Source: an uncultured Candidatus Saccharibacteria bacterium
Lineage (GTDB): Bacteria; Patescibacteriota; Minisyncoccia; Phycocordibacterales; CSBR16-193
Direction: 5' to 3'
NCBI GenBank assembly: GCA_964559575.1
Contig: CAZLGQ010000001.1
Coordinates: forward strand, 7,067 to 71,066
DNA: 64,000 nucleotides
The position numbers and the translations under genes were made by a program. Below the pieces are notes generated by a model, which made no database searches, was not told where the DNA came from, and was given only the letters and a program-made list of their open reading frames with translations. The first letter of the stretch is position 1, and each line of letters opens with the position of its first letter. Of the stretch, positions 29,017 through 37,744 are shown piece after piece.

Positions 29017-29455
29017 ATGAAAATATATTTTGCAGGATCAATAAGAGGAGGAAGAGAAGATAGAGAAAAATATTTTAAAATAATAGAATACCTTAAAAAA
29101 CACGGTGAGGTTCTCTCCGAACATATAGGGTCTGAAAACATAGACCACAAAGGAGAAAAGCTCTCTTCAGAAGAAATATTTAACAGGGATGTAGAATGGA
29201 TAAAAAAAGCCGATGTGATCATCGCAGAAGTCTCCACACCCTCTTTAGGTGTTGGCTACGAAATATGCTTTGCAGAAGAATTGAATAAAAAAAATACTCT
29301 GTCTTTTTCAAGAGAACGACAATAAAAAGTTATCTGCGATGATAAGTGGAAATAAAAATATTAAAGTTAAATATTATAAAAATACTAAGGATATTTTTAT
29401 AACACTAAACAAATTTTTATCAAATTTAAATCATAAAAACAGTTCAGACACTTAA
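29017..29455 (+). pseudogene. Nucleoside 2-deoxyribosyltransferase / DNPH1(Rcl)-like gene with a +1 frameshift in an A8 tract
   Basis: IYFAGSIRGGR, IFNRDVEWI..ADVIIAEVSTPSLGVGYE; the conserved tail KILCLF...LSAMISGN continues in another frame after A8 at 29287-29294, stop at 29455. Confidence 0.8.
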
Positions 29456-29545
29456 GTTTTTAAAAACAAAAATAACTTTTCAAACCATAATAATTTTGTT
29501 TATAAAAGTGATATACTTAATATATAAAACTATATAATTTTAATA

Positions 29546-30619
29546 ATGTATAACCGTATAGTAATAAAAGTTGGTACCAAGGTACTCTCCAATGATTTTA
29601 ATAGGCTTGATCTCACCGTTTTAAAACATTTAGTTAAACAGATCAACTTAATAAAAAATAAAGGAACCGAAGTTGTTTTGGTTACATCAGGTGCTGTAGG
29701 AGCCGGTAGAGATTTAATAAACCTTAAAGATATTGAAAAAATAGCAGAAAAACAGATCCTTTCCTCTATAGGTCAGGTTAAATTAATGAATTTTTATTCA
29801 AAATATTTTGCAGAGTATGATCAATTATGTGCTCAAGTATTGGCTACCAAAGAAGACTTTAGAGATAGAAAACATTACTTTAATATGAGAACCTGTTTTA
29901 ATAATCTATTAAAAAGTGGTGTCATTCCGGTAGTAAATGAAAATGATGTTATAGCTACTACAGAACTTCTCTTTACCGATAACGATGAATTAGCAGGTCT
30001 TGTAGCATCCTTACTAAACGCTGATGCAGTAATAATTCTTACAAGTGTTGAAGGTTTTCTAACAGGTGACCCTGAAGATCCCAATTCTAAAATCATTTCT
30101 GAAATTGATTTTAATAAAATTAAAAATATTGAAAAATTTATTTCTAACGAAAAAACTACCTTGGGACGTGGAGGTATGCTTACTAAATTTAATATAGCAA
30201 AAAAACTAACCATTCAGGGTATTACCGTCTTATTTGCTAACGGTAAAAGAAAAAATGTTTTAACTGACATATTTAATAATAAAAAGATCGGAACCAAATT
30301 TACTACTTCAAAAAAATCATCTTCTATCAAAAGACGTCTTGCTTACTCGGAAGGATTAACCAAAGGAATGGTTAAAATAGACAAACAGGCTGTAAACCTT
30401 TTACGTTCTAAAGAAAACATCATCAGCTTATTGCCTATAGGGGTAATAGATATTCATGGTGATTTTTATAAAGGTGATATTATTGAAATCGTAAGTGAAA
30501 AAAAAGAAAAAATAGGTTTTGGGATAACTCAGTACGATTCTCAAAAAGCCAAAGATCTAATAAAAACTAAAAATAAAAAACCGATCATTCATTATAACTA
30601 TATGTTCATTAATATTTAG
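29546..30619 (+). CDS. proB: Glutamate 5-kinase with PUA domain
   Basis: VIKVGT, VTSGAVGAG, GQVKL, PVVNEND, DNDELA, GRGGMLTK, SLLPIGV. Confidence 0.95.
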   Translation: MYNRIVIKVGTKVLSNDFNRLDLTVLKHLVKQINLIKNKGTEVVLVTSGAVGAGRDLINLKDIEKIAEKQILSSIGQVKLMNFYSKYFAEYDQLCAQVLATKEDFRDRKHYFNMRTCFNNLLKSGVIPVVNENDVIATTELLFTDNDELAGLVASLLNADAVIILTSVEGFLTGDPEDPNSKIISEIDFNKIKNIEKFISNEKTTLGRGGMLTKFNIAKKLTIQGITVLFANGKRKNVLTDIFNNKKIGTKFTTSKKSSSIKRRLAYSEGLTKGMVKIDKQAVNLLRSKENIISLLPIGVIDIHGDFYKGDIIEIVSEKKEKIGFGITQYDSQKAKDLIKTKNKKPIIHYNYMFINI

Positions 30620-30658
30620 AATATATCTAAATATTAAATTAATTTTATTTAAAAAATT

Positions 30659-30684
30659 AAAGGGGAGTTTAAAACCTCCCCTTT
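30659..30684. terminator. Bidirectional intrinsic terminator
   Basis: AAAGGGGAG-TTTAAAAC-CTCCCCTTT between convergent genes. Confidence 0.75.
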
Positions 30685-30710
30685 ATGATCGTTCCGATCG
30701 ACATAACTAA

Positions 30711-30974
30711 TCAGTCCCTCCAAGGAGAGTCCTTTTCTAAGGCCTCCTTTTGGCGCTTTGCTTGCTCATTCAAGCACAAAGCACAACTGATTTTCACGTC
30801 TATTGGAACGCGTTGGTCGTCGGTTGCCCCGAGGACAACTCCACACTTCTCGCATTTCAAAGTGCGTTTTTGCCCGTTCAGGCAATCAGAACAAATGACC
30901 GAGATGTTTTCTGGTACTCGCTCATCTGCTGTGGCGGCGAAAATACCGTCGCAGCTAATGCATACCAAAATCAC
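30711..30974 (-). CDS. Small tandem CxxC zinc-ribbon protein
   Basis: Two repeats of CxxC..AT.D.RVP....CxxCLN.Q; GTG start with SD AGGAGG; GC-rich. Confidence 0.75.
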   Translation of the reverse strand: MILVCISCDGIFAATADERVPENISVICSDCLNGQKRTLKCEKCGVVLGATDDQRVPIDVKISCALCLNEQAKRQKEALEKDSPWRD

Positions 30975-31028
30975 CTTAAACCCCTCCTAGGTTATAGACA
31001 ACGACCCTAAAGCCGAGGTCTATCTGGG

Positions 31029-31217
31029 TTAGTAGCGTCCTCCTACGACACTATCCATTTGAGACACGCAATGGTGCCCCTTTTCATCCTGATTCAGTGC
31101 AAACACCACCTTCACAGAGGTACCTTGCAACTGACGGCATTTGTGGCAGACTATGATCTTAACGACCCAATAGTCACGTGAATCATAAACCCTGCCACAC
31201 TGAGCGCATCTAACCAT
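31029..31217 (-). CDS. Small CxxC zinc-finger protein
   Basis: CAQC...CHKC; ATG preceded by GGAAAGGA; GC-rich. Confidence 0.65.
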   Translation of the reverse strand: MVRCAQCGRVYDSRDYWVVKIIVCHKCRQLQGTSVKVVFALNQDEKGHHCVSQMDSVVGGRY

Positions 31218-31224
31218 AACCTTA

Positions 31225-31317
31225 TCCTTTCCTGGTTATCAAGGAACAACACGAGGGAAACATTCCCCCCGATCAGTTAAACAATTAATCTAACCAATCG
31301 GGGAAAATGATTTCCTC
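31225..31317 (-). promoter_or_regulatory. 5' leader: long hairpin, boxA-like motif and SD
   Basis: Minus strand: about 28-bp stem with G-U pairs (31253-31317), TGTTCCTTGATAA, GGAAAGGA; upstream TTTACA-17-TTTAAT. Confidence 0.6.
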
Positions 31318-31396
31318 AACTAAAATTTTTGCCATTAAACCAGATTTAATAACAAATGTAAATACTAACGACTATATTAATAATAATATAGAAAAA

Positions 31397-32083
31397 TTAA
31401 AAATATTTATTTATAAAATCTTCAGCCTTTTTTAAATCAATTGGAGTAGTTATTTGTAACCAAAAACGACTAAATACCGGAGTAATCGTTTTTTTGTTTG
31501 CCAATTGAAGAAGAGTTTGAGGTAACCCCCACTCTTCTTTACCACTTAACTTTTGCTGAGTACAAGAAAATATTTGATCAGTCATAGAATAAAGTCCGGT
31601 ATTTAAATAACCGGTAACACCACCATGATCATTACCTTCTTTTATTTCTTTTATTCGATTAAATTCATCAAAAACTACTTTTCCACCAGAGTATAAATTA
31701 TTAACTTTAGATATCCCAATAGAAAAAGAATGTTCTGTACAAGACCTTATATCAGAAGGATGATAAATATCATCACCCATCATAACTAAAAAATGTTCAT
31801 TTAAAATATCCTTAGCTTGCCACAATGCATCAGCAGTACCTAAAAAATCAGACTGTTCTACATAACGCAATGGTATACCTTTATAAACTTTCCCTAAATA
31901 TTGATAAATATCAGACTTTCTGTAACCAACTACTAAAATTACTTCTTTTATTTTTTCCGGTAAAAAGTCTAATTTATACTCTAACAACGTTTTATTTTTG
32001 ATCTTTAAAAGTGGTTTAGGAGTTAACTCAGTATGATTTCCCATTCTAATTCCTCTACCAGCTGCTAGAATAACTACTTGCAT
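31397..32083 (-). CDS. Sugar-phosphate nucleotidyltransferase (GlmU/RfbA-like)
   Basis: VILAAGRGIRM, PKPLL, LGTADAL, MGDD, NTGLY; start at MQVVIL. Confidence 0.88.
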   Translation of the reverse strand: MQVVILAAGRGIRMGNHTELTPKPLLKIKNKTLLEYKLDFLPEKIKEVILVVGYRKSDIYQYLGKVYKGIPLRYVEQSDFLGTADALWQAKDILNEHFLVMMGDDIYHPSDIRSCTEHSFSIGISKVNNLYSGGKVVFDEFNRIKEIKEGNDHGGVTGYLNTGLYSMTDQIFSCTQQKLSGKEEWGLPQTLLQLANKKTITPVFSRFWLQITTPIDLKKAEDFINKYF

Positions 32084-32163
32084 AAATAATAAGTAAAATA
32101 ATATCACAATATTTTTTTAAAAAAAATATTGTGATAATATTACTTTGTAATATTTAAATAAAA

Positions 32164-32814
32164 ATGAAACTTATACCGGATAAAGAAATAATTAAAATAC
32201 CTATAAAAGATAACAAAGAAAAACTTGTTCATGTTAGAAAATACGTTCCAAATATAGTTATCAGACCAGGTTTATATATAAAAAAAGAAGGAAATAGTAC
32301 CTGCAAAAAAGCCTGTTTAATAAGAGAAAGTGTTGGAAAACGTTTAAAGGTAGCTCAAGATTTACTACCTAAAGAATACAGGTTAATGCTTAGATGTGGA
32401 TACAGACCCATATCACTACAAAAAAAACACTATATAGAAGAACGTAATCGCTTAAAAAAGAAAAATCCATCCTGGAGTAAAGAAAAACTAAACACAGAAA
32501 TGGATATGCGTATTGCTCCATTGTATATAGTACCTCCGCACCCTACAGGTAGCGCAGTTGATATAACCATAATTGATAATAAATACCACCAACTTGATAT
32601 GGGTACTAAATTAGGAGAATTTAACAAAGAAAAAACATTTACTTATTCCAAAAATATTTCTAACCTAGCAAAAGAAAATAGAAAACTTTTAATAAATGTT
32701 ATGGAAAAAGCAGGTTTTGTTAATTATCCAACCGAATGGTGGCATTGGTCGTATGGAGATAGATACTGGGCTGCCGTAAAAAAAGAAAAAATTTCTATAT
32801 ACGATAAGATATAA
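32164..32814 (+). CDS. D-Ala-D-Ala dipeptidase (VanX/M15D family)
   Basis: GYRPISLQ, PPHPTGSAVDITI, LDMGT, NYPTEWWHWSYGD. Confidence 0.9.
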   Translation: MKLIPDKEIIKIPIKDNKEKLVHVRKYVPNIVIRPGLYIKKEGNSTCKKACLIRESVGKRLKVAQDLLPKEYRLMLRCGYRPISLQKKHYIEERNRLKKKNPSWSKEKLNTEMDMRIAPLYIVPPHPTGSAVDITIIDNKYHQLDMGTKLGEFNKEKTFTYSKNISNLAKENRKLLINVMEKAGFVNYPTEWWHWSYGDRYWAAVKKEKISIYDKI

Positions 32815-32815
32815 C

Positions 32816-32851
32816 AAAAGAGCGTCCTAGCTTTTAACTAAAACGCTCCTT
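32816..32851 (-). terminator. Terminator after the ATP-grasp gene
   Basis: Minus strand GGAGCGTTTTAG-TTAAAAG-CTAGGACGCTC then TTTT. Confidence 0.55.
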
Positions 32852-32873
32852 TAGCCTTTTTAGGGCTTTTGAG

Positions 32874-34118
32874 TCAAACAAAGTCGAGTCTTTTCCGTAC
32901 CTCTTTGACAACCGCTTTCGCTTCTTCTCGAGAATTGATGGACAGTCCGGTAACATCAATGCCACCGTGATAGAGCACACCGGGATTGGTTATGACCGCA
33001 AAAGGTTCTTGAGTCGATGGAACCAAAATCTCTTTCAGTTCACCAAACAGCTCTTTAAACCCTAAGCTTTTCCCGGTTGAAATGTGTTCATGCCAAAAGT
33101 GGTAACCGAAAGATCCGGGGTTACGGATCTTCGCCAATCGTTTTGACATCTCATAGATAAAAACTATTGCGCCTTTCCTGGGATTGAAATCAGTCCAGTA
33201 GACGTTTCCAGTTTCATCTATAAGAATATCACAACAGAAATAACCTTTGGCACCGGATCTCTGAAGATAAGGAACAAGTTTGGTTTCCAGATCTGTTCTG
33301 ATCCTACTCTCTATCTCTCTGGTAAGCCTAGTTGGAAAGGCTGTACCGGAATAAGACAGATTAGTGGATAGTTGATCAAAGATACCTATATCCAAAAACT
33401 TCCCATCTTCAGTGATCTCCCAATGAACACAGACTTCATCAACGATCTTGACCATCTGCTCTACGATGAAGGGGCTGCACATCCCTTCAACTGTTGGCAT
33501 TTTTGCCACAAGATCTTCATAAGATGAGATCTGATGCAATCCACCCAGATCTACACCACCCGTACCTCTTGAGGATTTCAGAAGAAAACCATTTCCATTC
33601 TTACCTGTAAGGAATGACTTGGTTACCTTGAGAAGTTCTTCCGGATCCTTACCACCCACCCAAGGGGCGGTTTTTAATCCCAGTTCTTCACAAAGCAACT
33701 TAAAGTTATACTTACAGGCAAAAGGAATGGATACCTCAAAGTTACAGTAAGGAGGAATCCCCAGAATTGAAGAAAGATAACGTTCACTTTCTTCTATCCA
33801 GAAAAACTCCAATCGGGCAGATCGACCATTAATGGACCCCAGAATCTCATCCTGAACTTCTTGCTTGGAGATTACCAAATCGGCTAAAGTAAGATCTCTA
33901 TCAAACGGACCAGCTACGATCATTCTCGGTAATGTAAAACCGAGATCCTGCCAATAGGCAAGATAATCAGAATCGATCGGTTTGGTAGTGACCACTACAT
34001 GACCATCTCCAACTTGGCACAGTCCGCCACGTTGATCAAAATCTTGCTCCATCTCAATACCTCGAAAGAGACTATTGCTCTGAGTCTCGATCATAACACG
34101 AGTTTTTTCGCCTTTCAT
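32874..34118 (-). CDS. ATP-grasp ligase (pre-ATP-grasp / PGM1-like peptide ligase architecture)
   Basis: PIDSDYLAYW, K..FKLLCEELG..TAP, FLLKSSRGTGG, FIVEQ, GYFCCDIL, DFNPR; strong SD GAGGAGG. Confidence 0.75.
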   Translation of the reverse strand: MKGEKTRVMIETQSNSLFRGIEMEQDFDQRGGLCQVGDGHVVVTTKPIDSDYLAYWQDLGFTLPRMIVAGPFDRDLTLADLVISKQEVQDEILGSINGRSARLEFFWIEESERYLSSILGIPPYCNFEVSIPFACKYNFKLLCEELGLKTAPWVGGKDPEELLKVTKSFLTGKNGNGFLLKSSRGTGGVDLGGLHQISSYEDLVAKMPTVEGMCSPFIVEQMVKIVDEVCVHWEITEDGKFLDIGIFDQLSTNLSYSGTAFPTRLTREIESRIRTDLETKLVPYLQRSGAKGYFCCDILIDETGNVYWTDFNPRKGAIVFIYEMSKRLAKIRNPGSFGYHFWHEHISTGKSLGFKELFGELKEILVPSTQEPFAVITNPGVLYHGGIDVTGLSINSREEAKAVVKEVRKRLDFV

Positions 34119-34123
34119 GTCTA

Positions 34124-34262
34124 TCCTCCTCTTTCTTCAATGTTTGACCTGAAAAGAACAACAACGGCCTTATTCCAAGACCGTAGATATACATAAGTTA
34201 TTTATATGTATCTACGATCTTGGATATTGACATTTTATAAATATTATTTCTTAAACATACAA
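34124..34262 (-). promoter_or_regulatory. Promoter plus 5' leader (23-bp hairpin, boxA-like motif, SD)
   Basis: TTGTAT-17-TATAAA; hairpin 34174-34224; TGTTGTTCTTTTCA; GAGGAGGA. Confidence 0.65.
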
Positions 34263-34278
34263 ACTTTATTTAATTAAG

Positions 34279-35370
34279 TCAATAACCTTTATTGGTATCA
34301 AAATTCAAAAGATCAATTAATGACTCATATAAAAAATAAACAGAATCCATATCAACCCATTCTTCATTTTGATGCGCACCTCCTCCATCAGGTCTCCAAA
34401 GTACTGCAGGAATTCCGTGTTCTGTAAAAAAAACAGCATCACTGGTTCCATTTTCATGTTTAAAGATCATTTTTTTTCTTAATTTCTTTTGTAAAACCTT
34501 TTTCAATACCTGAAGCCATAATTCATTTTCATTAGTAAAAAATAGATCATTTTCTGAAACAACTTCCACCTCTCCTTTTTTCCCTACAAACTTATTCAAT
34601 TCTTTTTTAATATTCTTAAGATCCTCATTTTTAGTAAAACGTATATCAAAATAACCTTCAGCATATTCTGGTATCTGATTTAAACTATTATCAGTAGAAA
34701 CCTTGGTTAAAACCACACTGGTCTTCCATTGATCTTTAAAAGTAGGTCCGGGGAACATTTCAGAAAGTTTATTTTGTAAGACCAATAACTTAGGAATTGG
34801 ATTTTCTCCTTTCCAAACTTGAGAAGAATGACAACTCTTACCCGGTAAAGTAACCTTAAACTGAATAAAACCTTTCTGTTTATTAACTATTTGATTTCCT
34901 CCACCACCATCTGCAATAAAAGCAAAATCAGCATGGTAACCTTTATCTTTTAATAAAGCATAAGTTCCATATCCACTTTTCTCTTCATCGGAAGTAATCA
35001 AAATTGCTATTTCTTTTTTCCCTCCCCTTTTTTTATATTCAGTTGCTGCATATAGACAAGCCACTAAGCCGGCTTTCATATCATAAGCACCACGACCATA
35101 AAGTTTTCCGGCTTGTTCTTTAGGCTTGAATAATTCTTCAGATCCTTTTACAACATCAATGTGTCCGGAGAAAATTATATCTACCTTTTTTTTATTTGTA
35201 GTTGAAAAGACCAAAGCCGGATGACCTTTTAAATTATACTTAGAGATCTTAAAGACACCTTTAAATTTTTTTTCTAAGAGATCCAAGCATTCTTTTTGTT
35301 TTTCTATATTCTCTTCTGTTGATCTTATTGAAATAAGCTTTTTAGATAGATCTAATATTTGTTTTTTCAT
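34279..35370 (-). CDS. M20A metallopeptidase/deacylase (ArgE/DapE family)
   Basis: GHIDVV, LYGRGAYDMKAG, SDEE, GTSDA, AHQNEEWV. Confidence 0.9.
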   Translation of the reverse strand: MKKQILDLSKKLISIRSTEENIEKQKECLDLLEKKFKGVFKISKYNLKGHPALVFSTTNKKKVDIIFSGHIDVVKGSEELFKPKEQAGKLYGRGAYDMKAGLVACLYAATEYKKRGGKKEIAILITSDEEKSGYGTYALLKDKGYHADFAFIADGGGGNQIVNKQKGFIQFKVTLPGKSCHSSQVWKGENPIPKLLVLQNKLSEMFPGPTFKDQWKTSVVLTKVSTDNSLNQIPEYAEGYFDIRFTKNEDLKNIKKELNKFVGKKGEVEVVSENDLFFTNENELWLQVLKKVLQKKLRKKMIFKHENGTSDAVFFTEHGIPAVLWRPDGGGAHQNEEWVDMDSVYFLYESLIDLLNFDTNKGY

Positions 35371-35390
35371 AATTTATTTACATAAAAACT

Positions 35391-35420
35391 AAAAATAAAA
35401 CGACCTCTTGAGGTCGTTTT
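35391..35420 (-). terminator. Attenuator terminator in the 5' leader of the M20 gene
   Basis: AAAACGACCT-CAAG-AGGTCGTTTT then ATTTTT, about 20 nt before the ATG. Confidence 0.8.
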
Positions 35421-35466
35421 AATATTTTATTTATTCTTGATTTTATATTATTTAGAATAAACACCA

Positions 35467-35535
35467 TTAAACAACCTCAAAAGTCTTGAAGTTACGACGG
35501 TCGTTTCTACGAACAGTATTTATTCTATTTAACAT
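35467..35535 (-). CDS. Arg-rich attenuator leader peptide MLNRINTVRRNDRRNFKTFEVV
   Basis: 22 codons, 5 Arg including two tandem pairs (CGT AGA, CGT CGT); follows TTGACT-17-TAAATT; overlaps the alternative pairing segments. Confidence 0.8.
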   Translation of the reverse strand: MLNRINTVRRNDRRNFKTFEVV

Positions 35536-35572
35536 ATAATAAAATTTAATAAAAAAAATTAAAAAAGTCAAT

Positions 35573-35610
35573 AAAAAAGGGGTACCGGCAACTAACGTCA
35601 CCGATACCCC
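35573..35610 (-). terminator. Terminator after the argE/argA-like operon
   Basis: Minus strand GGGGTATCGGTGAC-GTTA-GTTGCCGGTACCCC then TTTTTT. Confidence 0.8.
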
Positions 35611-35617
35611 AATGGAC

Positions 35618-36595
35618 TTACAGTTCCTTCACCCAAACTTCTTTAGAACCTTGGTTCAAATCAAACATTCGTTCTTTTTTGAAACCAAAGTTTAAAAAGT
35701 CAGGCAAAATACCCACTAAGGGCGGTGCTTGTTCAGCACAAAGGTACAACTGCTTTTTCCGGAGTTTCATGGACTTATTGACCGCATACTTGATCAATGG
35801 AGTCAAAACCTCCGAAACGGCTAACTCAGAAGAGTAGCCAAGGTAACTCATTTTCATCTTCCCGTTGACTTCAGGGTTTAGCATCAGAGCTCCATAGGGA
35901 TATCCGTCAATTGCGAAAACGACGAATTTATCGATATTCTCAGCAATGAATGACTCAAAAACACAGCCATTTAGCAAAGACTTGAGAATCCGAGTGACTT
36001 CCGGAATATCAGACCTCGTTGCAGATCGAACCTTCTTATATGAAGATCCGGCTCTGTAGATCATTGTTCCGGAACCTTTCCCTGTTAGAAACTCTTCCAA
36101 AAAAGCTTCCCTGCGACAGATGTTGGTAAAGTGAACACGAGAGATTCCTATGTCACAAAAACCAACCGCATACTCAAGACACGTCCTCATCAAGCCATTG
36201 ACTACATTCTCTTCCTCTAGAAGTTCTTGTGCTTCCATATCCGTCATTTCACTAACAAGCTTCCCCTTATTGAAGATGCCGTCAGTATTACAGAGAAAGA
36301 AGAACTTGGAAGCTTTGAGAACCTCCACCAAGGTAAAGAGATCTTTCTCTTCAACTACTTCGTGGTACTTCACTCCACGTTCCTGAAGCGTATTTTCCAA
36401 AAAAGGAATATCCACGCTGTTACAAAGAAAATGGAGATCGACCCCTAAGCTATCAAGAAGATGAATGTCTTCAATAATAGCTTCAAAGTTTGATTCCTTC
36501 TTCCTTGGAAAAGCACTGCAGACAAGAACACGCTTCCCATTCCAACGGATCAGGCTACTCAACATCTCTCTGGTAGGACGTCCATCCATGACCAT
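35618..36595 (-). CDS. Divergent N-acetylglutamate synthase (ArgA-like: shortened AAK domain plus GNAT)
   Basis: IIEDIHLLDSLGV, LKASKFFFL, GISRVHF, LEEFLTGKGSGTMI, VRSATRSDI match the ArgA pattern; SD GAGGAGG overlaps the argE stop. Confidence 0.7.
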   Translation of the reverse strand: MVMDGRPTREMLSSLIRWNGKRVLVCSAFPRKKESNFEAIIEDIHLLDSLGVDLHFLCNSVDIPFLENTLQERGVKYHEVVEEKDLFTLVEVLKASKFFFLCNTDGIFNKGKLVSEMTDMEAQELLEEENVVNGLMRTCLEYAVGFCDIGISRVHFTNICRREAFLEEFLTGKGSGTMIYRAGSSYKKVRSATRSDIPEVTRILKSLLNGCVFESFIAENIDKFVVFAIDGYPYGALMLNPEVNGKMKMSYLGYSSELAVSEVLTPLIKYAVNKSMKLRKKQLYLCAEQAPPLVGILPDFLNFGFKKERMFDLNQGSKEVWVKEL

Positions 36596-36602
36596 TTCCT
36601 CC

Positions 36603-37739
36603 TCACTTTCCACACATGTCTTGTATCAAACGGACATATTGTGAAACAACTTTGTCCGAAAAATACTTTTCATGCATGAATTCATTCGGTTTATGAGCCT
36701 GTTGAATGGATCCGGGTCCGTATATCACTGATTCAATACCGGCGGAGTTAAAAACACCCCCTTCAGTATTAAAAGAAGTTGACGCCGATGTCTTACCGGA
36801 TACCTTTTCAACGCTCTTAACAAGCGACGATCCAGTGTCCGTTTCCATCGGAGGAGTTGGAGTTCTTCCAAAACTCACCTTAACTTCCAAACCGTCATCG
36901 ATACCCTCGTTAACGGAAATGAAGTCAGAAAAAGCTCGAAAGACATCATCAACATCCTGACCTGGGATTGGTCTGATATCAAGCTCAATACGACAGTAGT
37001 CCGCTATGATGTTCTTAGCGGAGTTATCTCCGGTCGTAACGACACCAACATTGAGAGTTGGATAAGTCGGGTCAAACCGAGGATCAGAAATGACCTCTAG
37101 ATGCCTCTTGAAGTCATTTATCTTCCGAAGAACCAAAGGGAGAGCTGTTTGCACAACGTTCAATCCCTCATTGGGACGCGAACTGTGTACACGCTTACCC
37201 TTAAGTTCCACCTTGACATACATATACCCCTTGTGGAGAATGTACGACTCAAGCTCGGTAGGCTCTCCGATCAGAACCGTATCTGCGAATTTTCCTCTGT
37301 CGTTGATGAGCTTCTTAGCACCAACACAACCAACCTCTTCATCACTCGTAAAAACAAGTCCGAAAGGCTTTTTGAGTTTGTGCTCTTGGATGTATGAAGC
37401 GGCCTTCATGGCTACTGCCAGAAAACCTTTCATGTCGCAAACCCCTCTGCCGAAGTACTTATTCCCCTTCTTGGTAAGAAAAAGAGGATCAGTACTCCAA
37501 TTCCTGATATCGTAAGGAACGGTATCCATATGTCCTGACAAGGCGAAGTGAGTATCATGACCGCCCTTCTTGGCGATCATGTTTACCTTCTTTACGCCCT
37601 TTTGGATATAAGGGTACTGTTCAATAACGAAACCTTCGTCTTCCAAAAACTCACTGATGAAATCAGCGATGCTTCCGGTTTCCTTATTACTTACAGTGTC
37701 AAAGGAAATGAGTTTCTCAGCGATCTCGATCGTCTCCAT
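36603..37739 (-). CDS. argE: Acetylornithine deacetylase
   Basis: LISFDTVS, LSGHMDTVP, GRGVCDMKGF, DEEVGCVGA, IGEPT, HKG, HSSRP, TEGG, GPGSIQQAHKPNE; start METIE after SD GAGGAGAGG. Confidence 0.88.
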   Translation of the reverse strand: METIEIAEKLISFDTVSNKETGSIADFISEFLEDEGFVIEQYPYIQKGVKKVNMIAKKGGHDTHFALSGHMDTVPYDIRNWSTDPLFLTKKGNKYFGRGVCDMKGFLAVAMKAASYIQEHKLKKPFGLVFTSDEEVGCVGAKKLINDRGKFADTVLIGEPTELESYILHKGYMYVKVELKGKRVHSSRPNEGLNVVQTALPLVLRKINDFKRHLEVISDPRFDPTYPTLNVGVVTTGDNSAKNIIADYCRIELDIRPIPGQDVDDVFRAFSDFISVNEGIDDGLEVKVSFGRTPTPPMETDTGSSLVKSVEKVSGKTSASTSFNTEGGVFNSAGIESVIYGPGSIQQAHKPNEFMHEKYFSDKVVSQYVRLIQDMCGK

Positions 37740-37744
37740 GGCTA

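Noticed and set aside
30685-31010. Plus-strand ORFs 30685-30990 and 30750-31010
   Set aside because: Antisense to the zinc-ribbon ORF, which has an SD and a clear internal repeat
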